Assembly (NCBI GenBank): GCA_002269645.1
Contig: NIVC01003693.1
Span: 1 to 64,000, forward strand
Length of the DNA: 64,000 nt
Reading direction: 5' to 3'
Source: Macrostomum lignano
Lineage: Eukaryota
Made by a program: the position numbers and the translations under genes. Below, piece after piece: positions 23,809 to 36,529 of this stretch. The notes under the pieces are model-generated. The model saw only the letters and a program-made list of their open reading frames with translations, ran no database searches and was not told the origin of the DNA. How positions within the stretch are numbered: position 1 is the first letter of the stretch; every line of letters starts with the position of its first letter.

Positions 23809-24501
23809 TCAGTACACCTTGACGTACTTCTTCCAGTTGGGGTCCAGCTCGATCGCGTCACCAACACTGGCGTCAGTGAAGTCCAGCATCCGGCACCTGC
23901 CTTGCACAGCATTGTGCAGAGCAGCCCTGCACTGCCAGCGGCGTGAGCAGAGGGACAGACAGTCAAACTTCTTGTAAACAGCCGCGACCTCAGTGAAGCA
24001 GTAGTCAGGACTGATGTCGCCGAGCTTCAGAAACTCAGTGACCTTAAGGTAGGAGCTGTTCGGCGTTGTGATTGGCTGGCAGACTGTGCCATGAAGTTTC
24101 AGCATGCCGTCACCGAGTCCAGTGTTGATTATCAAGCCGAAGTCGTCATTGGCAGCGGAATTTCTGGGAGAAGGCCCATTCCAATCCGAATCTTCGGACT
24201 GAAGAAGCGAGCCATTCGTGAGGCGCCAGCCAGTGCGGGATGTCTGCCGCTCGCGCGTCAAGTCCGAGAATCCAACCCAGGACCAGGTGGAGATTTGCGA
24301 TCGCACGGCTCGCATCACCCCAAGATCCAGCAGCAGTTCGCCACCGATTTGCAAGCAGCGCTCAGCTGCATCGCACCACAGTCTCTTCGGGGAGTATTCG
24401 ATGAAGAGGCAGTGGCCGTTTGTGATGGTGAAAGGCAGCTGACAGGCGGATGCTGCAGTCAGCAGCAGAAGCTGCACCTGCAACAGCGATCGCAGCTGCA
24501 T
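23809..24501 (-). CDS. secreted C-type lectin + PAN/apple-like domain protein, intronless, 230 aa
   Basis: Signal peptide MQLRSLLQVQLLLLTAASA. CTLD-like motifs C..GHCL..WCDAAERCLQIGGEL..WVGFSD..W..W..C. C-terminal C..CLSLCSRRWQCRAALHN..CRM is PAN-like. Confidence 0.8.
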   Translation of the reverse strand: MQLRSLLQVQLLLLTAASACQLPFTITNGHCLFIEYSPKRLWCDAAERCLQIGGELLLDLGVMRAVRSQISTWSWVGFSDLTRERQTSRTGWRLTNGSLLQSEDSDWNGPSPRNSAANDDFGLIINTGLGDGMLKLHGTVCQPITTPNSSYLKVTEFLKLGDISPDYCFTEVAAVYKKFDCLSLCSRRWQCRAALHNAVQGRCRMLDFTDASVGDAIELDPNWKKYVKVY

Positions 24502-24639
24502 GATGTTGCTTTCATTGGCAGTGAAGCAGATGTGACAAATGGGCAATGTTCTGCCATGTGTGAGTTCAGTCTGACGAAATTTAAATGTCATTGCTTTTTC
24601 TCCTGGCAACCAATCAGAAGTGAGGAAATAAAGACTTTC

Positions 24640-27315
24640 GTGTGAGGCATTTGAGGTGCGTTTGAGGGGTAGCTGAAGCAGCTCGTAGTGAGGAAGCAGC
24701 TTCTGGAGTGCGTCGTCCTGCTCCTTCTGCCATCAGAACTTTTTCCTCCGAGCCCACCTTGTGGTGAGTGGTTCCAGGCAGTCCGAAAAGTTTGAGATCA
24801 GCCTTCGCTGCATATTATTAGGCCATTTAGATACTCCAAATCTGTCAGTGTTGCAGGGTTTTCCATCTTCTGTAGTACTCTTGACTTCCTCAGGATCTGC
24901 ATGGTTGAAACATTACGTCCTCCAGTACGAATCCAAGTTGGTTGTTGGCAAACCGGTGCTCTTGGGCTGGTTGATCTTCAGGCCATTTTGGTTCAGGCAC
25001 TCTTCTCTATCATTAAGCTGCTCTTCAATTTCTCCCAAATCAGGATATCATCAGCATACTAATGTGCAGCTGCGCACTCCTGCCTATAGTCATCTCGGTC
25101 TCTCTCAGATTCAGTCGTTCGTTTAGACTAATGCAAACGATTCAGATACATATTTCAGCGCGATACGCGCAGACGTCACTTTTATTTCAAACAAACAAAT
25201 ATACTCGAGTACTGAAACAAATATTTATAATTTCCTCCGGCTTCCTCCGGCGCGAGCCGTGTCGGTCACTGACCGTAGGTTTAACGTTTGCTTTTAGTCC
25301 ACGCAAAGCCGAAGTGCTTCACCTGCCATTCTCACTTGGTAAGAATAGTGGGAATAGCACAGGCGTGATGACTGTCTTTTCCAGCGAACTTGTCGATATC
25401 TGTTTCATGAAGCTTTTATAAAACGATTGAAAATATTCACTTGTCAGGGTAGGGCTTGACAATTTTCACTCGTAACTTGTTGTTGATTTGTCACAACTTT
25501 CATAAAACGCATTCGGAATTGTCGGAACGTTGTCGGAATTTGCATTTGTCACTTGTAATTTGTCTGAAAAGTGGCTTCATGAAATCCGTCCCTAGTATAG
25601 TGTGTTGGGCTGCGCCCTTCCAGTGTGTATGTACTCGTACTTTTGTTTTCAGTTTTCATGCCACCCCGCCCCGTCCCCCGTCTCGCGCCCGGGCCAGGGT
25701 TTGTGAGAGGCGTAAGTCTCAACCCTGGCCTAGCCCTTTGCACCCAGCCCCCGGCCCAATCTCTGTCCAATCTGGGTGCCCCCCCCCCTCCCTCGTTGCC
25801 CGCCTCACCCTGGGGCTGCTCGTATTGGCTGGCTGGCTGATAAGCCGGCTGGGCCCCAGGGTTTGGCTCGCCGTCTCCATTCTGCCCCACCCCTCCCCCT
25901 TTTTTTGTGTATTATTTAAATGCTAGCCCTGAGCGGGCTGCGCTCCACGTTTGCTCTCTATTGGTGTCCGCTTCGTTCTTACTGTTTTTGCGTTCATCGG
26001 CGTACCTCTGCCTTCGCGTGCCAATAACTGCTTCGGGCCAATAAACGCTTCGTTAGTAACTCGATATATCAAGAGGAGGTGAGCTCGAGCTTTCGTTCTT
26101 CTGGGTTGCCGCGTGGGGCCGGGATCTGCAGGGACCTGGGAACGGTGAACTCTCGCCGATCCCAGGGTGTTCGGTCAGGCGAACTCTCGCCGAACCGAGC
26201 GAGACAGGGTAGGAATAGCCGGGGTGAGGGCTGGGACAGGGGTGTCTCAGGCGGGGAGGGCCCGAACCTTGACCCGTCCAGCGGCCATTAGGCCGAGACA
26301 CAACAAGTGCAAAAGTGCGATTTGAGTGAACTACATGAACAGGCAATTGTTACAATTTTCTATGAAATCTCACAGAAGAGGAGAACTGCGAAATGTCTCG
26401 AATTGATGACCCTCAGAGTAGCCTGTCAGCCCCAGACAGCTTGACTGCAAGTGTGAGCAACCAATTTTCTTCCAGAACCGGCGCGCGGTCGGATATTTTT
26501 GACAACGCACTGTTCAACTGGCACTGTACAGGTATCATTTTGTCACCAGCGATGAACTGGAGCGTAACTGTGATGGCATCAAGTATCAGCTCCGCCTTGG
26601 ATATCGCCCTAATCGTGAAGACGTTGTTGTCCAGTTCTCTCGCTTGGTGCGAAGATCTCTCCAAGAATTTTTCGGTGACTTACATATACTGTCTGGTTAC
26701 CGGCTGTTGATTAAAACGTAGATGTTGCAGAAATAATTTGCTTTGCCACATCTTTTGTTTGCACATCTTTCCGGCCGCTGGACATGTTGACTTTCCATGG
26801 ACCCTCTACACAGTTTGCAGATGGTGGCTGCTTCGCTCCGATGGCTGCATCTTTTTTGGTGTCTTGGAAGCGACTTGTACATACCAACCTTCATCACGAT
26901 CGCATTTCCGGTCTTGGAGTGCTCTTTATTATTTCTGTTGTAGCCAACCTTGAATGAGCCTCCGCCTCTGCAGCCGCCTCTTTGAAACTGAGCGTTTGAT
27001 ATTCCTTCACGAACAGCTTCCCAAGAATATGGTGATCTGCAAGGCCTCATATGACTAGATCTCTCAGTCTCGCATCAGTGTTACCAAAGTTGGCATTCTC
27101 TGACGATCCGACATTCTCTGAACAGACGTTCTGCAAACTGCCTGACTGATTCTCTTAGATTTTGGATGCATTGTTGGAAGGAGTATCCTCCGTCGAAACG
27201 AACTTAATCAGAATTAGGATCTTATTAAGAGCAGCTGTTAGGTCGTCGTACGACTTGTTACTCAACTTTTCTGGAGCTAGGTGATCAACCAATGAGTCGT
27301 AAAAGGTTGGTACCA
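24640..27315 (-). mobile_element. decayed Ty3/gypsy element (gag, protease, RT remnants) interrupted by a ~1.2-kb insertion at ~25150-26380
   Basis: YADDILIW and GLKIN near 25050-24970; degenerate protease near 26413-26664; gag Zn-knuckle remnants CKLC..RCGKANYFC (ORF 26697-27050); QxxRESVRQFAERL near 27150; PBS-like TGGTACC at 27315. Confidence 0.65.
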
Positions 27316-27493
27316 CGCGCATTTTTAGCATTTGTGCTCTCGCCGTTGCTTCCCACCTGAAAAATTTGCCACAACGTCAAATCTATCAATACACTGGTCA
27401 TTCAGCTTCTCCAGGTCCACTGAGCCTGAACCTGGACGTTTAGGTTGCAGTATCACACAGCTGCCAAGTTCTATCATTGTGCTAGAGGGGGGG

Positions 27494-28900
27494 GCGAAGT
27501 TGCCAAATTGGTGCAGGGCTACAATGTCAAGGTGGGCATTGATGGGGTCGAATTGAGCAGATGCTTGGGATAACCTGTTGGGGATCTGGCGCAAGGCCAC
27601 AGGGGGATCGGGATCACACTACTGAGGATTGGGATCACACTACTGGGGGATAAGGACCACACTACTGGCACTGGGGGATAAGGATCACACTATACTGGGG
27701 GATAAGGATCACACTACTGTTGTTGGAGGCGGAGTGTCAGATGCTGTCAGAATGAGTCGGGCTGGGCCCGTCCTGTACTACTCAAAGCCAAAGGGAGTAG
27801 CAGCATTGACAACTTGGCTGTTAAATTTTCTAAAGAGTTTTTTTAATAATTGACGTATTGGCTGTTTTATCGCTGCTAGAACTGCGTGTCGCTAGATTTA
27901 ACAAAGTCCGAAAAACATTATAGGTCTTACATAGGTTTTTTTACTAAGTCACTGTGTGATGCTGTGTATAATTTTTTTAATTAAAATTTATTTGGAGAGT
28001 CAGTGTTCCAGTTTCTTTATTGATCAAAGCAAGCAGCTGTACACATTCACAGCTGACCGAAGCGCATACACCGGTGCGTGCGCAGCTGGCACGCTCTCAC
28101 GCAGGGTGTACATAGGCCTTGACTTTCTCTCGGGTGTTTAGGACTATTCATGTTTTTTTAAACACAATGTTAGTCGTCCAGATTATATATTATTTGGATG
28201 CTTATACCACGCATACATTGCGGCCAGTAAGTTCATTCCAATGTTGCAACTCGCATCTCGATGTGTTCGGCTTCATCTCTCAGTGCAGCTTCTCCGAAGT
28301 CCTACGGCGTCGTCGGAATAGCGGCCCGTGGAATGCCTCCATTTCTCTTAGGCTCTTTTGTGAGCCTGGAGTGAAATGGGTGTTAGCCATCCACCCCTCG
28401 CGCTGTACATTGTGCCGCCTTTGTGCTCCGTCCTCTCTACCCCCCGTGGGGTGGGGGAGGGGTTTGCTCACCCGCTTATTTATTTGCGCGCCGCCCTCTG
28501 TGCCCCGTCGCTCGCTTTGGCTTTGCAGCTCAAAATTTTTTTAAGCACGTTCTTTTTTCTTTTAATCTCGTTTGCTTGCAAAATAAACTTATCGTTACTA
28601 CGGGGTCGCTTTCCCCACCTCTCGCGCTGCTTCGGGCCATAAGCCTTTGCCTGCCTGCTGTTCGTCTCTTTCGCTGTTGGGGTGTGATTGGTTAATGGTT
28701 GGGGTTGAGAGAGGTGACAGTTCAAATGGGTCATTTACTACCTGTATTTTAAAGGGCATAGAAATTAACATTTAGAAACAAACACCAAAAACAGCTCGTT
28801 TATGTACATTTTCTAGCTGCCCGCGATCCTGGTTAAAAGAATCCAGGCACTTACTGTGGTACTCTACGAGCATCAAATTTCCATTTGAAACTTATGTACT
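27494..28900 (+). pseudogene. degenerate partial duplicate of the CETN3 locus and its downstream flank (exon-1 end, shrunken minisatellite, 3' UTR; exon 2 deleted)
   Basis: 27494-27720 matches 6581-~6800; 27725-28070 matches 8428-8780; 28240-28336 matches 9520-9622; 28700-28900 matches 9630-9970. Confidence 0.85.
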
Positions 28901-29938
28901 TTTTTGGTTTTATTGTTCTATTTCATTAAAAGTGAATTCTTCTTCGTCCGCGGCGTCCTCGACCTACAGTTAGTGCATTCTTTTTCGTCAGTGCGGGGTT
29001 TGGGACGCTTGTAACTATGGGGTTGGCTAGGGGGGTTGGCGGGCGTGGCAGGGTCTGGCCGGCGGCCGGGCTTTGCGCGTGCCCCTCCCCAGCCGTGCCC
29101 CCCCCCTGCCCCGGGCTCAGGGCTGGTTGGCTGCGGCTGGGCCGGCTTTTGCGCGGATGGGGCCCCGCCCACACCAGGCGGGGTTTTGATTGGCTGGCCG
29201 GTGCGGCCAGTCTCTATTTTCTCTTGTTTGCTCTACTTTTGTGGGCTTAGCCGGTGGGGCCGCCTGCCCCCGGCTCCCAGGCCTGTGCTTGGTATTTATT
29301 ATTTTGCGCACTGGCTTTTCTTGCTCGCGTGGCTCTGGGTTTTCCCACTCACTTCGTTTTTGCGCTCCGAGAAATTGTAAGCGATACTTTACTCAAGTCA
29401 AGTAAATGGTTAACCTCAGTAACTCGCAGGTTAGAGCGTCAGAACGCCTGTCAGCAGTAATATCATATTGGCAGAGTGTCAGAACGCCTGCTGGTACAAC
29501 CGTAAAGTACTTGGGCTGGGCACCCGAACCGACCCGGGACAATAGTGCATTCAATTTCATGCTACGATAGTGAAGTATTCTTCGTCGTCCACTTGAAGAG
29601 TCACCCAGCAGCAGAAACTAAAAGGGTTTTGCAGCGGGAGATACTTCAGTTGCAGTTTCGAACAAAAAGGCATGGTGGATGACTGCAGTTGCAGCAACTT
29701 GCTTTCCACATTGCGTGCTGTTCTGAGTGACAGCACAGAAAGTTGCGGAGTTAGTGAGGCAGTGTTTCTGCCCTCTCGAAAACCATCTCTATGATGCGCT
29801 CCTCATGCTTTTTGCTACAAATTGTTTTGATAGCGTTGAAAAGAGTTTTCTAGCTGCTGCCTCATGCATTACTTCAGAAATTTCAGCTGCAGCATCAGTC
29901 AATGCATGCAATAACATTGCTGCTGCCTGTTGTTGTTG

Positions 29939-31253
29939 TATGCGGTGAGCCGCTCAGAGGGGACACCAATCGATGACGCTATTGTGGTGCGTTATCTTAT
30001 TGGCGGATACATTTCAAGATGACCGTTTAGGTCCAAATTGCTGTTGTTGTTGCTTTCTTTTCTTCACTCCGACCTCCGACCGCCCGCAGGCGGCCGGGGC
30101 GGGGCCGGGTGGCCGCCAGGGTCGTCAATGGGCGGCTCGGTCCGACCCACCCTCTTGAGGTAGTCACAGATGAGGGCGCCGCCACCCTCGAGAACGTCGT
30201 TCCAGGAAATGACCACCCCGCCCCAGGTGCGGATGCGGGCCTGGTGGTGGCAGGGGCAGTAGAGCATAAGATGATCGACCGAGTCCGGTTCTCCGCAGTC
30301 GGCGCATCGGTCGTTCTGAGCGAGGCCGAACCGAAACAGGGTGTCGCGAGTCAGGGGGGATTTCTTAGTGCGGATTTGGCTGACCGTCACCTGGCCCCAC
30401 CTGGGAAGGTCATCGTGGCCTGGCGTCGGAGTCAGGTGCGGATGCGTGCGGTCCCGCGCAGTTCTCCAATTGGACAGTACGTGGCGGACGGCATTTTTGG
30501 CGGAGGCCTGGGAAAGTTGCGCGGTGTTCGGTTCCAATTCTGCAGCTTCGCGGGCGAGGGCGTCCGCCGCCTCGTTACCAGCAATGTCCGCGTGGCCAGG
30601 AACCCATTGGAAGTGGAGCCTGGTCTGAGCTGGGAGGTCGGTGATGAGTCGCCAGATCGTGAGGACGAGCGAATTAGTAGAACGGTACGGGCCTTGGTTG
30701 ATGGCCTGAAGGCCTGATCGTGAGTCGGTACAGATGTGAACCGAGAGCCGCGGGTTGCCGATGGTGTCGAGGGTTTGACGTAGGGCTCTTATCGCTGCCT
30801 CGATGGCGACCAATTCAGCGTGGGTGCTACTGCACCACTTTCCGGCTTGCTGGCGGATGGACATGCGGAGTGCCTCGATGGATTCGGCAGTGAGGAGAGC
30901 ACCTCCGCCGGCAGCAGTGCCGTCCGGGCTAACGGAGCCGTCCGTCCAGATGGTGCAGTCGGCGCTCGGTAACAGGGCCAAGGTGGCTTCTGCCGCAGCA
31001 CGGCGGGCCTCCAGTGGGTCGGATCTTTTGGTCGGCCGGGCGAGATCGGTAGCGATGGTGATCGCCTGGTCGGCTAAGTGCCACGGCGGGAGAGCCGGGT
31101 AGTGCTGGCGGTCTATGTCTCCGATGTGGATACCGGCAAGGCTCAGGAGCCACAGGCCTACTCGTCTGAAGCATGGCCGGTGACTCAAGACGATGTCTTC
31201 ATCGTGGAGGTCCGTGTCGACGGGCCGGTCCGCTGGGCCTTCACGCTCCCAAG
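29939..31253 (-). mobile_element. 5'-truncated I-group LINE (RNase H + CCHC) inserted at a TGTTGTTGTTG tract
   Basis: ORF 30064-31188: IWTDGSV, ELVAI, CTDSRS, FQWVPGHADIAGNEAADALA, CADCGEPDSVDHLMLYCP. TGTTGTTGTTG at 29928-29938, 30042-30052 and from 31254. Confidence 0.9.
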
Positions 31254-32116
31254 TGTTGTTGTTGCTGCTGCTGCTGCTTCAAATTTCCCTCCACTCCCGA
31301 CAGTGAATGCCACAGCAGCGCTTGCAGCAGCTTCCATTATCTTTTTAGTCATTGGCTCTGCTCAAGGTCATTCCTATCCAATTTTCTATCGATTGGATAA
31401 TGGCTTTGACTGCATCGACTCCTAGTGATGTCACTTCTATGATTGACTGTGCAGCAGTGTGCTCAGTCACTTTGTGTGCAACCATGCAATGCAGTAAATG
31501 TGAGGGAATGCGCCTGCACCAACACTGTACAAAATCTATGTGAAGAAGCGATAGGTACAGAGTTGTGAGTGAGTCGAAAACTTAGACAGATCAGAAGGCT
31601 GTGTGCGACCCAGACTGAGGCCTGTCGATGATGGCTGCAGTGACTGATGAGGCAGAGGCAGCACATTCGAATCTTGGACAAGTGACTATCTGCAGGTAGG
31701 AGGCGAGCAAGCACCAGGCAGCAAGGATTCTGCAGGAGGCTGGGACTGGCTGACGTTGTGGATTCGTGTTTTGTGTCATAAAAGACAGCCAAATAGTTAT
31801 GGCGGTGGTGAGTCAACAATAATTTAACAGAAAAACAACAACAGTGAGTTTTTGATGCAGCCATCTTTCGTGCTCTATTTGAATTGACTCGAATTCATTT
31901 CTCGAGAAGGTAAAACGCTTAATCACAGCAGCTTATTCGTTTAGGATACTCATCAAATACTATTTTAATATAAAGAAATTGCCTTGATAAAATTACTTTT
32001 TATTAAACTTCTCACGGATATTTCTGTTTAATTAGGTTCCTTGTCAGATTTGTTAGTTTTCTTTGTTAAAGTAATTCACTCAAGTGGGAGTCTCCAGCAA
32101 GATCATCAGTACACCT

Positions 32117-35100
32117 TGTTGTATACCGATCCGAATCCAATGTACTTTTATTTTCAGTCGTTGCCCCAGCGTTAATTTATTTGTCTGTGTCCCAAACAGC
32201 TACCGACTGACTCTGACTCTATAAAGGCTTGCCGTTACTTATATCGTTAAATAAAATATACATTCAACTTAAGCTACGCTCTCGTTATAACAGCTTTCGG
32301 CTCAGCACAGAGTCAAAGCACAAAACACAACAATGGCGTCGCAGTCACTTGGCGAACTGCCGCTGGAGAAGCCCGATCGAGCTCAAACCTGGATGACTGC
32401 CTTCCAAGCGCTGGCCCGAGCAAAGGGCTGGACTGATAGTGATGGAAAGAAGACCATCGCAGACAACTTTTTGGCGCACTGCGGGCTCACAGCCTTGGAG
32501 AAGATACAAAGCATAATCGCCCCCAAATCCGTGACCGACCTGACTTTTGATGAAATCAACACTGCCGTGCAAGCGTACCTAAAGCAAAAGGAAAAGCTGG
32601 TCATCGCTGAACGCGTTCGTTTCTTCGCCATGCGGCAAGCACCAAATGAATCAATTTCTGACTTCGTTAGTCGACTTCGTCGTGCCGCTAAGGACTGTAA
32701 GTTTGATGATTTGAAGACATCCACCAGTCCTCTCGAGGAACTGCTCCAAATGGCGCTAATTTCTGGGCTCAGCAATGTAAACCAACAACAACGCGTTCTG
32801 GAAGCCACTCAAATCAAATCATTCAAGTCGGTTCCCGAAATTGTCGACTTTATTCGCGACCTAGAGCAGGTGACAGCTTTTGTGTCCATAAAATCAAGCG
32901 ACTTTCAAGCGACTTTGACTCAGCCAGCTCCTTCAATCCAAACACACGAAGCCTCTGTGCATTACTCGCAGCGACATAATGGACATCGGAGTGTCAAGGA
33001 CTGTCGTTGCTGCGGCAAAGCACATTCGGAAGGAAAATGCCCGGCTTTTGGCAAGCTCTGTTCAAAATGTGGTAAGAAAAATCACTTCGCCAGTGTATGT
33101 CGCTCATCATCTGCACGGCCTGTGCACCAAGTCACTGACCCATCAGCTCATGAAATAGACAATGAGCCACATGAGAAGACTTCTCTGATGCATCTCAGCG
33201 ACGTGGGCACCGTCCACGCTGTCAACGTGGCCACCGAGCCACTTATTATCGATGGCAAGACCGTCGACATGCAGATCGATACAGGCGCCTCCGTCTCCGT
33301 GCTCTCCAGTTCGCAATGGGAACGACTGGGTCGACCCTCGCTGCAGAAGTGTTTTCGGCGGCTAGAAGCCTTTGATGGTCACGTGATGAAATCACTCGGA
33401 AAGCTGGCAACCACGGTTGAACTACGAGGTCATCTGCACCCTGCAGAGCTCATTGTGGTCAACTCGAGCAAACCATATGGCTTACTTGGTCGCGATCTGT
33501 TGGACGCGGAGGACCTCTTTCACACCACAAGTGTGCCCCAGAACAACACCCGCGTAGTTGAGCCACTGCCTACCATAAAAGGCGTGAAAGCTCGCATGGA
33601 GGTTGTTGACGGTGCCAGACCCAGATTCTGCCGTGCTCGATCCGTGCCTATTGCAATTGAGGGGCAGATTAACGCCGAACTCGACCGCTTGCAACAGCTA
33701 GGAATAATTGAACCCATCGAGGGACCCGTGAGCAATGCGTCGCCCGTGGTGTGGGTGAAAAAGAAAGATGGCACCTTGCGCATGTGTGCCGATTACAGTG
33801 TACACGTGAATGAGAAAATAAAGTCCGACTCTCATCCGATCCCCAATGTAGAAATTCTTTTCTCACGCTTGAAAAACGCAAAAGTCTTCGCCACCGTCGA
33901 CCTCCGCTCGGCCTACTGGCAAATTGAACTGGATGAAGCGGCCAGAGATCTTTCTATCATCAACACGTCGCGTGGACTGTACCGAGTAAACAGATTGCAA
34001 ATGGGGATGAAAAACGCCTCGTTCATCTTCCAGAGAACTATGGAATCGATTTTGTCAGACATCAAAGGACTGCTGATTTATCAAGACGACATCCTGGTGC
34101 ACGCACCAGATGCGGCTACTCTAGAAAAGCGCCTTGCCGCGGTGCGCACCCGACTACAAGAAAAGCGCGTCACCATCAACGAGTCAAAGTGCATCAGCTA
34201 CACCGATTCCATCTCTTTTCTTGGATTCAAGATCTCTGCCGCCGGAATCCAGCCAGACGATCGGCTTGTTGAAAAAGTCAGACAAGTTTCTGCACCGACT
34301 AACAAATCTGAGCTCGCGAGCTTTCTGGGACTAGTCAACTTCTTTGGGAGACTGATTCCGAACTTCGCTCGAAAGACCGCTCCTCTTAACCATCTGCGAA
34401 AATCCAACGTCAACTTTGGTTGGACCGACGAGTGCTCTCGAGCTTTTAATAACCTCAAAGCCGAAATCGCCTCTGCGCCAATAGTGCAGCCCTATAGCCT
34501 ATCAAAGGAGCTGACTCTAACAACGGATGCCTCAAAGAGCTCAATAGCTGCTGTAGTGACTCAGGAAGGGCATCCCGTAATATTTGTATCAAGGACGCTG
34601 TCATCCGCCGAATCAAATTATTCAAATATTGAGCGCGAGGCCCTCGCCATCTTCTGGGCCGTCGCTCGACTGAAGCACTTCCTTCATGGCCGTCACTTCA
34701 CAATCAAGACAGATCATCAGCCACTGACTCGCCTTTTCCGCGGTGGCATCCCTCTGAACACATCGGCGAGAATCGGGCGCTGGGCTATGCATCTCATGCA
34801 GTTTGACTTCAACATCGAGTACGTGCGAGGCCGCGACATTCCACACGCTGACGCTTTATCTCGGCTCCGCTTTGATCACCCTTCAGCAGACGACAAGGAA
34901 ACGTTTGATGCTATCAACGTCGTGGTATTTGAATCGCCGGTGATCGAGGCCGGAAGAATTTTGGCAGAAATGGACGCAGACCCGTTCACCCAGAAGATTT
35001 TAATGAGAGTACGCAATGGAAATTGGCAAGGTTGCTCGCAGGCAGAGTCAAGCTTCAAAGCCGTTTCCGAAAAGCTAACGCTGGAAAACGGACTTCTTTA

Positions 35101-36529
35101 CATGCAGAGGAGGGTTTACATCCCCCACGGTTGCGCCGGGCTGCCTTTGACGCGATCCATGACACCCACTCTGGAATTCAGGCCTCATACAACCTGCTTT
35201 CAGCGTCTTGCTGGTGGCCTGGGATGCAACAGGATGTGTCACGATTTGTCCAACGCTGCCCGGTCTGCAGCCGCCTACGACCGCGTGTCGGCCACGACAG
35301 GGATCGATGGCCCGCCCCGGACTATCCATTCCAACGCATTCACATGGACTGGGCGCATGTAAGAGGAGCTGGCGACATACTGATTATCGTTGACGCTCAT
35401 TCTGGCTGGATAGAAGCGTTTCCCTGCCAAAACAGAGTGGCCAGCACTGTCCAGCGGTGCCTCTGCGCCATCTTTGCACGCTTTGGTATGCCGGAGCTGG
35501 TTGTGTCAGACAACGCACCCGAATTTGTGGCCGATAGCCTCAACGCATGGCTGCGCGCACATGGAGTGAAGAAAATGGAGTCACCCGCCTACTATCCTCA
35601 GGCAAACGGCCTCGCAGAAAGGGCAGTGCAGACCGTTAAATCAGCGCTGCGTGCATGGTCGGAAAGAATAACTCACATGGATTTCCCATTCTACCTGCAA
35701 AAAGTGCTCATGCACCATCGCAACTCCTCAAGAAGCCGCGGCCAGTGCCCAGCCGAGTTGGTGCTTGGTAGACGCCTTCGTGTACCGGTCGTCTCACAGT
35801 TCGAGCAAGGAGACAACGTCATCTACCAGCCGCAGAAATCAACTCAGGGAAGCCAGGCTACATTTCTAATGACTGCTGGACACAATACGGCATGGATTTT
35901 AGAAGATGAGAGCCTGAAGCTGGCCAGCACCAATCAGTTGGCCCCACGAATGCCACAGCAGGACGCCCTTACAGCGGACGAAGAGGAAGCGAATGACAAT
36001 CTGCCTGTGCAACAGCCCCCGATGCAAATGGCGGCCGGAGAAGAGCAGGCACCAACGACCCATGAGCAGGATGCCCCAGAGCAACCGAATGACAACCCGA
36101 TGCGCCGAAGCTCGCGAAATCGTCGGGCCCCTGATCGATTCGTGCCGTAATTGCTGAACAGTATAGACGCTGATTAAATTCCAAACTTTCAACGAATTCG
36201 CCGTTACTTTGTTAAGCACCAAGCTCCCTAAGCTCACCCGTTCATACTCAAACCCACTAATCAATAACCACCAACGCTTTTCCGTTGCAGTTCTCATTCC
36301 CTCGAAGGGGACATGTTGTATACCGATCCGAATCCAATGTACTTTTATTTTCAGTCGTTGCCCCAGCGTTAATTTATTTGTCTGTGTCCCAAACAGCTAC
36401 CGACTGACTCTGACTCTATAAAGGCTTGCCGTTACTTATATCGTTAAATAAAATATACATTCAACTTAAGCTACGCTCTCGTTATAACAGCTTTCGGCTC
36501 AGCACAGAGTCAAAGCACAAAACACAACA
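32117..36529 (+). mobile_element. complete, very recent Ty3/gypsy LTR retrotransposon (216-bp LTRs 32117-32332 and 36314-36529)
   Basis: The LTRs look identical by eye (TGTTGTATA...CACAACA). PBS-like TGGCGTCGCAG at 32334; PPT GAAGGGG before the 3' LTR; TSD CACCT (32112-32116) / CACAT (36530-36534). Confidence 0.96.
32333..36150 (+). CDS. gag-pol polyprotein (CCHC, protease IDTGA, RT YQDD, RNase H, integrase) with one apparent single-C deletion near 35120
   Basis: ORFs 32333-35362 and 35023-36150 join if ATCCCCCA has one more C (YIPPRLRRAAFDAIHDTH). Integrase IHMDW..VSDNAPEF..NGLAER. Confidence 0.92.
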
